Positions 24,665 to 35,900 of a stretch of DNA of 64,000 nt are shown piece after piece; position 1 is the stretch's first letter, and every line of letters starts with the position of its first letter. A program made the position numbers and the translations under genes. Below the pieces are notes generated by a model that saw only the letters and a list, made by a program, of their open reading frames with translations, was not told where the DNA came from and searched no databases. The DNA comes from Vicugna vicugna (lineage: Eukaryota): the NCBI GenBank assembly GCA_013265495.1, contig MU058009.1, positions 186,001 through 250,000 of the forward strand, written 5' to 3'.

Positions 24665-24820
24665 ATCGCCTGCTGGAGCCTTGTTTCGGTACTTGACAGT
24701 TCTCAGGGCTTCTCTGGGCTTTAATTTTCTCACCTATGAAATGTGGATCCTGGTAGAAAGACCCTCCTCCCTCAGCTAACATGAAAATCAAATGAGACAG
24801 CACTTGATGAAAAGGGCGTA
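24665..24820 (+). mobile_element. MIR SINE fragment
   Basis: 'ctctgggctttaattttctcacctatgaaatgtgg...atgaaaatcaaatgagacagcac'. Confidence 0.55.
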
Positions 24821-24974
24821 GAATGAATTAAGGGTAAATTCAAGAAATAGAAATAAAATAGACTGGAGTTTAGAGACCATCAAATCCTTCCCTGCTCCCC
24901 TGCTTTTTTTTTTTAACGGATATGAAAGGGGAGACTTGGAGGTGATATGACTTGTCCAAGGTGATATAATAAAC

Positions 24975-25400
24975 CTTAGGTGACATCTTTGAAGGTTAGT
25001 GAAGTCAGCTGGGCTGGAGGAGTAAAGTGAGTCAGGAAGACCACCAGTGAGTGGAGCAGGCGAGGTCAGGGGACCAGAGGTGCTGAGGGTGGAGAGAAAA
25101 CGGCGAATTTGAGAGATGTTCTCAGCCGAGACAATGGGGCTAAGGGTCAGAGAGGCTCAGGCAGAGGAAAGGGACCGGATGACTACAGCGTCTTTAGTGG
25201 GGAAGACTGGGGGAAATGAGGGCTCTGTGTCAGAAGTGATCGACAGAGGAAGCCAGTTAGGTCACGGGGGTGGGGGGGTGACAGTTGTGCATTTGGGACT
25301 CTGTGCTTGAGGGATTCCCCAGTGGGTGGGTTCTGAATGATTACACGCGCAGGAGTTCAGATCTGAAGAGACACATTTTTACCCAGCTTCACTGACCTCG
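24975..25400 (-). mobile_element. L2 LINE fragment
   Basis: 'ttgaaggttagtgaagtcagctgggctgg...gaatttgagagatgtt...gagggctctgtgtcag...ggagttcagatctgaagagacac'. Confidence 0.55.
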
Positions 25401-25529
25401 GAGAGTGAATATCTTGGTCTGGAGACCAATTCATGATGCGATGAATGACATAAAAACCAGTGGCCTCTGCACAGTGTCACTGCCACCCCTCCACCACCAG
25501 CACTATTCACAGAACGCGACAGCCACAAA

Positions 25530-25760
25530 ACCCAACCCACAAACACTCATCGAGAGGCTGCTAAGCGCCAGGCACTGTGTACAAGACAAAAACACGTAAC
25601 ACATGTTTCCTCTGCCAGTGAGATTACGATCCAGTTGGTTACGTTAGGCATATACCTGCGAAATGGTAAAGAAAAGTCGAAGACAAGTGACAGTTCAGTC
25701 CAAAAAGTGTCACAAGGCAGTGCTGGAGTTACCTCCACACGAACGGCAGTGCTTGCAGTA
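25530..25760 (-). mobile_element. L2 3' fragment
   Basis: 'acaaacactcatcgagaggctgctaagcgccaggcactgtgtacaag...tttcctctgccagtgagattacgatccagttgg'. Confidence 0.55.
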
Positions 25761-26099
25761 GGGGTCCAGGGGAGGGTGGTGGGGTGGCTCCGCCAAAGGG
25801 CCTGGGAGGCTGCAGATTTGTCTGGGGTTTGCCTTCAGTGGGTGTCTGTACCTGGGTCCTCTCTTACAAGTGACCGTCCATCACAAGCCATTCTGCTCGG
25901 CGCTGACCCCCGCCAAGGCAGCAGGGTGCTGGAGTCTCATGATTGGAAAGTTCTCACCATGATTCTGCTAAACTGCTTTCTGCATCGGGTCTGCCTCGTC
26001 CTGCTTTCAGCATAATTACTCCCATTCCAGCCAATAAGGATGCCCATAACGCATGCAAAGATCACAGTTTCCTGGTCAACCTCTCGAGTAAAACATCCT

Positions 26100-26640
26100 G
26101 AAGAGAGGAGCAGTAAATGTTTCTGGATCCTGACTAGTGCATGGCCCTGGGCCTCTAGGATAAGTAATAAATGTTTAATAGCCCAATCATACCTGTTTCA
26201 TAATTTTTGAATCTCATTGCTTGCTAATTCTAAGTTTATTAAAACACTATAAAGTTTGCATTGTTGTAAAGACATAATTGATCTTTTCATTGCTTATTTA
26301 ATACGGGTTAATTATATTAGAACAAAGTTTGTTCCCAATTCATATTAAGTATCAATTAGTTCCTTTAAACTATTGATTTGTATTTAATTAACTATGCTAT
26401 TATATACCTATTAAGCTCTTATAAGAGAAACCTGAAACAGCCGTGGTCTTAAATTAAGTTTTCAAAACAATGAATTACAGTAAAAGCTCACGTCAAGTTA
26501 GTCTCTTTTAGGAAAGACCGGCAATCATTGTGATAATTGCAAAAACTTTTTATGACCAGCAGTGCACCCTTACCAGCTTTGTATGCAGTAAGGATGATAA
26601 GTACCCTGTGGCTTCCTACAGTGACAACAAGGACCAACAC
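26100..26640. promoter_or_regulatory. Candidate conserved non-coding element (very AT-rich core)
   Basis: 26161-26460 is 25% GC (76/300, hand count), against 68% GC at 26641-26700; not a simple repeat and no TE signature; contains inverted repeat GAACAAAGTTTGTTC and palindrome CTCTTATAAGAG. Confidence 0.45.
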
Positions 26641-27494
26641 AGGGGTAGCCTTCTGCCAGCCCCGCCTTCTCGGCCGCCTCGGCCGTGCCATTTACTGGCT
26701 GGCACAGACCTACCGCGGTGCAGCCAAGGCAGGCAGCATGTTAGCAAATGCCTCACCACCAGCTGTGGGGTCCACAATTGTCTGTGTTGCTCCTGGCTCC
26801 AGATCCCCTGTGCCTGCGGGAAACCTGGTGTCCATGTGGTCCCCAGGCCTCCGACTTCCCCAAATCACTGTTTACTGCCCCGAGTCTGTATTCGTGGGCC
26901 AGAAAAAGACAGCCCTGAGCATTTATTTTCCTTGTCTTGTTTTACCCTCACACCAACCTCATGAAGATAAGTTTCACTGTTCCTGCCTCTGATTGTAAAG
27001 AATTGGACATTTTAGAGGCGTAAAAAGTTTGCCAGCATCCCTTAGCTGTGAGTGGCAAAGCTTTATGCCTGACTACACGCCTGGTGACCTTGCTACGCTG
27101 GTCTCCCTTCTCTGTGACGTACAACTCGTCACCAATTCTGAGTCTCAGACCCCTGGGCTGGTTCTCCGAGACCTTGCCTGCCTCTTGTCACCCTCCTTAC
27201 CTTTCTCATCCCCTCCCTCAGATGCTGCCTGGGGCCTTTCTCCCAGCTGATTAATTGCTCGGAATTCCAACACGGCCACCAGCTGACTGGGAACGTGGCC
27301 TTCCTCTGGGCCACTTGGGCATCAGTGCAGCCCCCAAGGTTGGCAGAGTCTACCACACCCCTCTGCGCGCTGGCTTTCCACCTGTCCCCGGGGGCTGGAC
27401 GCAGCCCAGCTTTGTCCCTCTCCACTGGGCCGGTTACGGTTCACCTGGGACCAAGCTCCCTGAATTCACCATTGCAATTAAAGTTGTCGTTTAC

Positions 27495-27670
27495 TGATTA
27501 CTTCTGGTTTGTTAGTCTCTGGGCTAAGAACTTTGCATGCATTATCTTCCATCATAAAAAATTCTATATAAGGTAAATACTCTTCTTGCTTCTAATAATG
27601 GGGAGCTGATAATCCAAAAGATGAAATTCTCACTCAGGGTCCTACAGCTAGTAAGTTGGAGGCCAGGAAA
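27495..27670 (-). mobile_element. MIR SINE fragment
   Basis: 'gggctaagaactttgcatgcattatcttccatcataaaaattctatataagg...cagggtcctacagctagtaagttggaggccagga'. Confidence 0.65.
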
Positions 27671-28249
27671 AGTGGTTATAAATGAGGTTCTTTGGACGAC
27701 TAGCATAATCTCTTTGTGAGAGGTTCAGGGAATCGGGGAAAGTTTAGTAACGCTGGTGGAGTAATTTTATGAGATACAGTTTTATCGCATGTACAAGATG
27801 ACCTCGGCCATCTCTGATTTAAGATGGCTAATCCTGGTGGTTAACTGCTCTGTGGGGGATCATGAGGGCCACTCCTGCATCCCCACCACCCCAACCAGAC
27901 TGTTGTCAGTCTCCTCATCCTGTGAGACACTGCACTGCTGAAGGCCATCTGCCTGCAAGGCTTTTAGACTTTTCCTAAGAGAAAGTTGGGAGCTGGGACT
28001 AATGTTTGAATGGGGCCAGATGCCCGACAGCTGTGGCCCTTCCCCTGGGGAGCCTCAGCTGGGCACAGCCACTGCCAGTCACGCTGGGAGGCCAGGCAGA
28101 AAGAGGGCATCTCTCCTCTCTTTTCTAGTAGGACCAACAATGTCCCCAGAGGACAAGGCTGAAGGTCCCCCTTCCACGCCCACAAGCCCCCACCCCATCC
28201 CCTGTCCTTCTCTTAAAGCCCAGCTCTTTGGAAAGGCAGAGGCCCCATA

Positions 28250-28400
28250 AGAGGCTTTGGATGTAAGACTGATTTGTGGATTTGATGTTCACACAGATTC
28301 GTAGCCCTGTGGATCAGGTGAGGCTCAGGGAAGTTAGGTAATTTTTCCGAAGTCATGTAACCGGGAAGTGGAGGAGCCGGGATGAAAGTCCAGGCCCATC
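28250..28400 (-). mobile_element. MIR SINE fragment
   Basis: 'gtgaggctcagggaagttaggtaatttttccgaagtcatgtaaccgggaagtggaggagccgggatgaaagtccagg'. Confidence 0.6.
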
Positions 28401-28401
28401 T

Positions 28402-28506
28402 GCCCCAGTGCCCAGGCTGCCGTGCACACTGCCCAGGTGCCCCACCGAGGCCCCAGCGCCCAGGCTGCCGCGCACATTGCCCAGGTGCCCCGCCGAGGCC
28501 CCAGCG
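28402..28506. repeat. 48-bp tandem duplication (about 2.2 copies)
   Basis: Units 28403-28450 and 28451-28498 are identical at 44/48 positions, followed by a partial third copy CCCCAGCG. Confidence 0.95.
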
Positions 28507-30029
28507 GGAAGGAGGGGACCACATGCGTCCAGAGGGTGTTGGCCATTTAGGTCAGCACTTCCTGGTGGTTGGGGGGGCTGAGAAGCCCTCGTGGGAGCCA
28601 GGTCCCCAGGGAGCCCCTGCCTGGAGCGGGAAGGGCTGTCTCTGGGGAGGTGGTGGTGGGGGGGTAGGGCAGGGAGGTACGGGGCACAGCTGCCCACCTG
28701 GGTGGGGGCAGGGTGCAACAGGAGTCCTGCCGCAGTTTAGCTTTGTGCTTACAAAGCTCCCTGTCACCCATTTATGGCCCAAATAAAATCATGAAGGCTG
28801 AGGATTAACCAAGAGGGTCCTATAAGGGCCACACGCTTAAAAAAATTTCTCACTGGTGTCAGGCAGGAATGGCCGGCTTTTCCCTCAAGCCCACATTCCA
28901 CTGAACAGGGTAGGGGTGGAGGGAGACACCTGTTCTCACCTGGCACTGGGGAAGAGGATGGAAAGAAAGAAAAAATGTCCCGGGAGTGCAGGGAGTGTAG
29001 AGTCTTTTAGGGTACCTGGGCTGGAAGAGGGTAGACTGAGCCTCGGTGAGCTGGAGGATGTGCCCTTCACTCTCTGGGTAGAAGAGCCATACAGGAGGGA
29101 GGCCAGGTGATGACATGTTCTGGTCCCCAGGCAGGGACTGTCACAGCTGCCTTCCTCCTAGTCCAGTTGTCATGCCATGCCTTGCCTGGCCGTGTGGCCC
29201 GTGTCCATCTAGAAACTGCACACCTTCCCTGGGGCAGAGGAGGGAGCGATGTGGACGAGTGTGTAGGCCTCCCTGCTCTGCCCCTCCGCCCACCTCCAAC
29301 CTAGGCCTGTCCACCAGGGCATCATGACTTGAGCAGTCTTGAGGGCTGAGGCTGACGAGGACTGAAGACCCAGGGTGGGCCAGACCTGGTCCCCCAGGAC
29401 AGTGTCAAACCTTCCACCCCCGCCCCCGTCCACCCGGCGAGGAAGGATAAGAGATGGTGGGGTTCGGAGAGGAGCCAGCAGAGAAGGCAGGGAGCCCTGC
29501 TGTCCTTCCATCACTGAAATCCTCTTGAGCCTCGCACACCCCATTACAACTCTGTATCTTATAATTAAATCGAATCTGCCAGTTACCTCTCAGCACGGCA
29601 GAAATTCAAGCTCACTGGAGGCTTTCTTTGCTTATATTTATTTACTTATTTATTTAGTAATTATTTATCCATGTAGCTACATGGAGGCCCCAGCCCAACG
29701 TTTCTCTCGACTTCAAAAAGCACAGATGTGGACAGGAAGGGGGAGGCGAGGAAGGCAGGGCTGCGCCGGGGCCGTGGGCTGAGCTCTTACTGGGGGACAC
29801 CTCTGGGAGAGGGTTAGGTGAATGCCACAGGCTGGTTCTAATCCCCCGTCCTTCTCTAAGATGTCTTATGGAAGGTTCACTATTTCCAGAAAGCTCCACA
29901 GAAGCCCCTTGCCCAGAGGGACTTGAACGAGAGTGTGGTTGTGACTGGGTATTAGGACTCAGATATCCCGCGGGGCTTGGCAGGCTTAGCAGCGTCCGTC
30001 AGATACAAGCTCTCCTTGACCCTCCCCGC

Positions 30030-30140
30030 ACCTGAGATGGACCTGGAGGAGGGCACTGAGGATCAGAGAGGTTCCACGACTTGCCCAGAGTCACCCAGCT
30101 GGCGCTGGCAGAGCTGATTTGAACACAAGGCTTGGGGTAA
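30030..30140 (-). mobile_element. MIR SINE fragment
   Basis: 'gcactgaggatcagagaggttccacgacttgcccagagtcacccagctggcgctggcagagctgatttgaac'. Confidence 0.7.
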
Positions 30141-32069
30141 AACTAAGCTCCCCCAATCCTCCCAGAGCCCCGGATCCAAGCTGGCAGCCCAGCAACAGAA
30201 ATCAAAGTGCCTTTCTTCTCTTTAATGATAACCTTTCAGCGGTGAGGGGGCGAGGAGAGCCTGAGAGCTTGGATTAAGGAATCAACCTCAAACAGATCAG
30301 GGTAGTGATTCTGAACCACCAGCCATCACTTAATAAGAACATGAAAGTTTATTTACCACGAGGCCGGCCCAGCAGGAGGCTGATTGCTACTAGGCACGCC
30401 GGGGACTCCACACACCCTGCACAGCAATAGCTGAGCCCTAGAGAGGTGACCCCATTTGGGGCCATCAACCTGGCAGCCCCGCCAGGGCAGAGGACAGGGC
30501 GCTGGGATGATGTCTGGGAGCGAGGGGGAAGGCACGTGCTCGTGTACCACAGTGGGAGAATGGGAAGGGGTTCCAGGCTCCAGCTGACCATAAACAAATC
30601 TCCCTGGAAGAGAGAACGGTATTTATTCACCACCTGCCCCTCTATTGCTTGGGTCGTCTGTGGGCTGCTTACTACTTTTGAGAGCGGGCATGAGCGGTAC
30701 CAGAAAGGACCTGGGTCCACGTGGACCCCTCCTGCTCTATTCCGGAGCAGTGGCTCTCAGAGGTTCCAGTGCACGTGGGTGGAGGGGGTTCATGATGCCT
30801 TTGTGACCTGTTTGCCCATCAGAAACCATTGCGGGGCCTTGACTAGGGCTCCGGCCAGTGCACAGAGGACATCATAGCCTCGTGCGGGAGACCGGTGGCC
30901 CAGGCCCTGTCTGCAGGAGGATTTGTACCTCTGCTTAATCTGGGGAGGTTTCTCTGGCTGGAGGACACAGTGAGGTAGGCTGGTCTAAGACAAAGATGGG
31001 CCTTTCAACCCAGGGGCCTGGTGAGCAGGAGGTCCTGAGCTGTCCTGGCTTTCAGGCTTTGAGGGACGGCCCGGTCCTCTCCCGGCTTCTGAGACCAAGG
31101 GAAGCCACCCCAGGAAGCTTGGACCACCGACCCCATGGCCCTTGGGACTTCTCACACAGTAGTGTGGCCCCTCCCAGTGCTCCCTGGCTCTTGACTCAGG
31201 TGGCCCCTTCATTGCTCCCCCATCCTGTGAATTGAAGACCTCCTGGGCCGTGATGAGGAGTGGACGTACCGATGCAGAAAAGCTGGGACGTAACTACTAG
31301 CCAGGTGCCTGTGGGCAAGGCGCCTGTTCTTTTCCAAGCCTTGATTTTCTCATTTGCAGAATGGAGAGTTTGACGAGGGCAGGGGACTTCAGCTGGGCTC
31401 TCAGGACCTCGAGGGGACCTCCGTCAGGAGTTCTTCTACTCTTCTGGATTTGCATACAAAACTGAGGCGTGTGCAGGCATTTTCTTCTGGGGAGAAAACT
31501 GGTTTTCATGTACTGTCAAAGGGGCTGGTGCTCCCCCGTCCCAAACTAACAACCTCTCACAAAGGGATCCCTAAGGCTCCTCTAGCTTTAGATTTGTTGA
31601 GTCCGAGGACCTCCTGTTCCTTGGAGACCATAGCTTAGAAACAGAGCCGACCGCAGGGACTGGGGGCTGGGAAGGATTCCTACTACTCTTGACTGAAGTA
31701 TTTTTTTCTGAGTGTTGGGAGCTTCATGGGATGAGGTGCACTTTCAGCTCCTTCCCCTGGCCCAACACGAAGGCAGGGAGGCCCTCCTGTCTGCTTCTTC
31801 CTGTACCAACTGGAGGCGTTTAGCTTGCATGGGTGAGACTTCCCAGGGGACAGTTGGGAACCTCCCCTTCCTTGAGGGTTGGGGAGGGACTACGGGCTCC
31901 TGGGAGCCAGGATATGGGTCTGGGGGATGACCCCACTGGTGTAACAGGAGTTGCCAGCATAGCCATGCTATTCAGTTTTTGCTCTCTTTGCAAGAGATTA
32001 ACCCACATTTCTTTGTGTATTTTCTTATGCTCCTGGTCTTGTGTACATATTTGATCTTGTGCGTTAGCC

Positions 32070-32215
32070 AGAAGTGTCACAGAATGGTAGAACCGGAAGG
32101 GAACTTAGACATCACCTCCTTCAGCCTTGTACAGAGGAGGAAACCAACGCTCAGAGGCAAGGAGTGATGTGCCCAGAGCCGCCAGAGGCAGAGCCGCGTT
32201 CTTCAGCCCTGGATG
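32070..32215 (-). mobile_element. MIR3/MIRc-like SINE fragment
   Basis: 'cacagaatggtagaaccggaagggaacttagacatcacct...gtacagaggaggaaaccaacgctcagagg'. Confidence 0.65.
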
Positions 32216-32479
32216 GCAGGGATGATCACCCCGTGTCCGTCCCTAGTCTTGTTTCCAGACCCATCCTTGCCCCATCATAGGGCTGGTCATGATGACTGGT
32301 TCTGAGAAGAATTCCAGCTCTGTGCCTTGGAGCTCGCTGTTCGATCTCCCAGGGATTCCTACACCCCCTCAAACATCCCATCCCACTCATGGTCCAGGCC
32401 CTTTGCCTCCCCACCCGCTGAAAATCCTTCTCCATGTGGCCCTCTCTCACCTAACCCCACAGTTAGGCATCCCCACGCC

Positions 32480-32670
32480 TCACACATACTGTGGCTATGG
32501 GACTTCCTATGAGTGGGATGATGGTTTATTATCTTTAGCTCCACCCCTGTCACCTATGAGGTGGGGACCATCTTCACTGATTCTTGCAAATCTACTACCT
32601 AGCACAGAGCCCGGTGCACAGCAGGCACTCAGTACACACTTACACGTGCAGAGTGACTTAATGGACTGGG
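32480..32670 (+). mobile_element. L2 3' tail fragment
   Basis: 'cacctatgaggtggggaccatcttcactg...cctagcacagagcccggtgcacagcaggcactcagtac'. Confidence 0.55.
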
Positions 32671-32879
32671 ACAACCTACCCTTATGTACTGGGGGCCGAG
32701 GGAGGGCTCAGGTTTGAGCGTTTATCTGGCGGTTTGAGAACAGAACTCTGCATCTTCTTCCTTCAGTAGCCCTTCCTTTGCCAGAAATGGGCCTTAATCA
32801 GCCTCAGGTAGGGGTCAGCCTTATGTGGTTAAGTTCCAAGTCATTTGGATTTTCATCTTTGAGTCTTCTTTCTAGCCGT

Positions 32880-33020
32880 CATTGACTCACTCGTTCATTC
32901 CTCCCACACTTGTTGAGTGTTCACTCCAAGTCGGTGCTGTGTGCTACAGACGTCGCGGTGCACCAGACGGACAACGCTCGTCCTCCCGAGCTTCCGTTTC
33001 AGACACATCATGTAGTGGTA
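32880..33020 (-). mobile_element. L2 3' tail fragment
   Basis: 'gactcactcgttcattcctcccacacttgttgagtgttcact...gtgctacagacgtcgcggtgcaccagacggac'. Confidence 0.55.
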
Positions 33021-33299
33021 GGAAGTGTCACACCACGTGGACAAGTCCCTGGGCCTCAGCACCGCCACTTGCAAAATGCTGTTCCCAGAGCTGACCTCAG
33101 GTGGGCAGGGTGTGTGTCAGGTGCCACACCTGGCCCTGCGTGTGACCGGCGGGGCCACTGGTCTGAGTGTCAATTTGCTTGTCAGTTTGCTTCCTCTCCT
33201 CCCTAATGCTCTATGTCTGGGCGCTTTTTAATCAGTCGAGGCGCAAGAGACATCTGAGCCACAGATGAAGTTTTCTGTGCTGGACCAAAGGACAAGGGA

Positions 33300-33490
33300 C
33301 TAGGCTTAGCGAGCCATTCCTGGTGCTGGGCACCGTCACACACAGTTATGTCATTTACTCCACACGGAACTGGTGAGGGCGCTGTTAGTCTCCTTTCTCA
33401 GAGGAGAAAACAGGCTTAGGGCAGGTAAATGCTGGTCCCCAGTCCCATAGCTGTCAGTAGCCAGCAGCCGAGGGGGCTCAGAACCCATGA
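33300..33490 (-). mobile_element. MIR SINE fragment
   Basis: 'cagttatgtcatttactccacacggaactggtgagg...tttctcagaggagaaaacaggcttagggcaggtaaatg'. Confidence 0.55.
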
Positions 33491-34989
33491 TTCCTGCTGA
33501 CTGACCACCACCCAGCCCCTGGGGCACCTTCCCACGTACTGGGATGGCACTGCCTGCTGGAAGGAAGAGTGGACCTGAATGTCACAAGCCCCCTTTCAAT
33601 AAAGGGCTTGCAACATGTTTATCCTGGCTGCATCTCGTATCGACCAGGCACACGGCACATGGATTAAGTATGCAGCTGGGTGGTCTTTAAAGGATGAACA
33701 TTTTCTCTAGGATCAATAAGCTGAGTGAGTTTGGGTCTAAATTCATCAAAATGTCACCAGCAACAAATTCAGTCCCTGGACTTCTGCACTCAGGCTGACG
33801 GCCGGAGGCAGAATCCAGGGAAGAAGAAGGTCTGGGGCACCTGTTGGACCAGGGTGGGTCCAATAACCCAAGATGGGGTGGAGTCCTACCTGGAGGCCAG
33901 CATCCTAGAAACTGGCCATCCTTCCTCTGCTCTAGACTTCATCCTTGCCTTCAGGGAGAGCAGCTGAGCAAGGGGAGTAATGACTCCTCGTTCTAGATTC
34001 TTCTTATAGAAAGGGATTTTGAGGTCACTCAGTCCCACTCTCACAGCCAGTGCAGTAAACCGTCTCCAGCATCTCAGAGAAGTAATCACAGGGTTTCCCC
34101 TTGGATCCTTCTAGTGACAGGGAGCCCATTACTTTGCAAGGCTGTACTTTTCGTTTTTGGAAAGCTAAAATAATTTTAAAGTTCTTTTATATTTAGCTTA
34201 AATATCCTCTATGGCCCTGCAACTGTGACTCAGTGGTCCCAAATCTGTCCCCTGGGGCCACACAGAACAAGAGCCATACCCCTTCCATCCGACTACTCAG
34301 ACATTTAGCAGACGGTCCTCTTCTTCTCCAAGAAAAACAACCTTTGGGAGTTTGGGACCTAGGCAGCCTAGGAAATCCTCCCCCGGCCTCTCTGCATACC
34401 CTGGACCCCTTTTTGCACTCACTGCTCCTTCCTCAGCATCTTGAGAAGAAGGAGAGCAAAATGGGAATTTCTCAGAGGAATCCTTGACCTCACACATTCA
34501 GAAAAGGAAGGACAGTGACCTGATCTTGGTGCGACCTCCCTGGACACCTCATACACAGAGTGTACGTGCCCCTCTGTGGGGATGGCTGAGAAGATGGGCA
34601 CAGGGGTCCCTGTGGGGTGGACATGCGGTGGGTACTGTCGCGTTGTGTGAGAGTGTGGGGAGTGGGGGTGAGTGTGTGCATGTCCGGGAAGGGGCTGGCA
34701 TGGTTTCCATGCGCCGTGGACAAGCAGAGCTCTGCCCATTTCCACTCTGAGTCCAGGCCCTGGGATCTTCTGGTCTGGGGGACCTCTGCCCCCACATGGC
34801 CGGGGCCTAACCCAGAAGTCTCCTCTTGAACGAGGACTGGGTCTTAGGACCAGAGTAAGACACTCAGCACCTCACACGGAGAGCCTCTGGTGTCTTTCTG
34901 AGGCAGGGGCACCTGGAGGGAGAGGGGAGGGGGTGCCGGCCAGGGGGTGCCGCTCACTGAGCCTCTAAGAGACCAGCCCTGGCCTCACG

Positions 34990-35130
34990 CTCCCTGGTTC
35001 TGTGAGGTAGGTTCTCACAGCCTTTCACAGATGAGGAGACAGATTCTTGGGAGTTAAGCAACCTGCCCAAAGTCGCACAGCTAAGTGGCAGGAGGGCAGT
35101 AACCCAAGTCTGGCTGATTCCAAGCCAGGC
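34990..35130 (-). mobile_element. MIR SINE fragment
   Basis: 'tgtgaggtagg...ttcacagatgaggagacagattc...aagcaacctgcccaaagtcgcacagctaagtggcagg'. Confidence 0.75.
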
Positions 35131-35280
35131 TCCTCCCCTTCGTTTGGTCCAGGTTGGCCTCTGTGGTTCGATCAGCCCTCCTGGGTGAACTTGACCAAAT
35201 TATGGAACCTCGCTGAACCTCAGGCTTCTCCTCTCTCCAACCAGGGGGTGAGCACTCAGTGACCTCTGTGCTCGGGTCAG

Positions 35281-35760
35281 ACCAGGGTCCCACCGCTGCC
35301 CGCCCCGAGGACGGGCTGTCTGTTTGCTAGGCAGCAGCCCCAGTGGCCGCCGTCACCAGCCGCGCTAAGTCCCCGTTTGTGTTTCTGCTTGCTGTGTTTT
35401 GCCGGCGTGAGCTGGTATCAGAACGAGCTCCCTTGATGCTTCCGGAAGCAATAATCCCGACACGGTTGGAGGGTTTAGTGGAAATCCTCCGCTACAGCGG
35501 AAGAAGGCAAAAGCCCGCAAAGCAGGGATCTCGGCAGATGCAAAACCTGCCCATTTACCTTCCAAATCCGGGCTGCCCGGCGGGGCCGGCGGCGGTGCAG
35601 GCGGACACCCTCAGCTCCGGGCCAGGTGGGGAAGGGGGAGCTGAACGCAGAGTTCCCGCTGGCCTGAGTCCCACGGGGACCAAGCAGTGCCTGCTGCCTG
35701 TACTCAGGCCGAGACTCCATCGAGTGCTGACCGCCCCGCAGGCCAGCGCCTCCTGCCCCA
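35281..35760. promoter_or_regulatory. Orphan CpG island containing a palindromic ETS site
   Basis: Hand count over 480 bp: 35 CpG, 159 C, 151 G, giving 65% GC and CpG obs/exp about 0.70; TGCTTCCGGAAGCA palindrome at 35437-35450; not a repeat. Confidence 0.65.
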
Positions 35761-35774
35761 GCGCTCCTTTTCCT

Positions 35775-35900
35775 ACTAATTCCTTACAACATGGACACAG
35801 AAGTAGGATTATCCTAATGCTTGGTCTGAGGCTCAGGCAGCTTAAGTGACTCGCCCAAAGTCACACAATCAGTAAGTGACAGCGCAGGGAAGAGCTTCTC
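35775..35900 (-). mobile_element. MIR SINE fragment
   Basis: 'ctgaggctcaggcagcttaagtgactcgcccaaagtcacacaatcagtaagtgacag'. Confidence 0.7.

Noticed and set aside
33604-33632. p53-like half-sites (GGGCTTGCAA / AACATGTTT)
   Set aside because: The halves overlap and are imperfect, so they do not form a valid 20-bp response element
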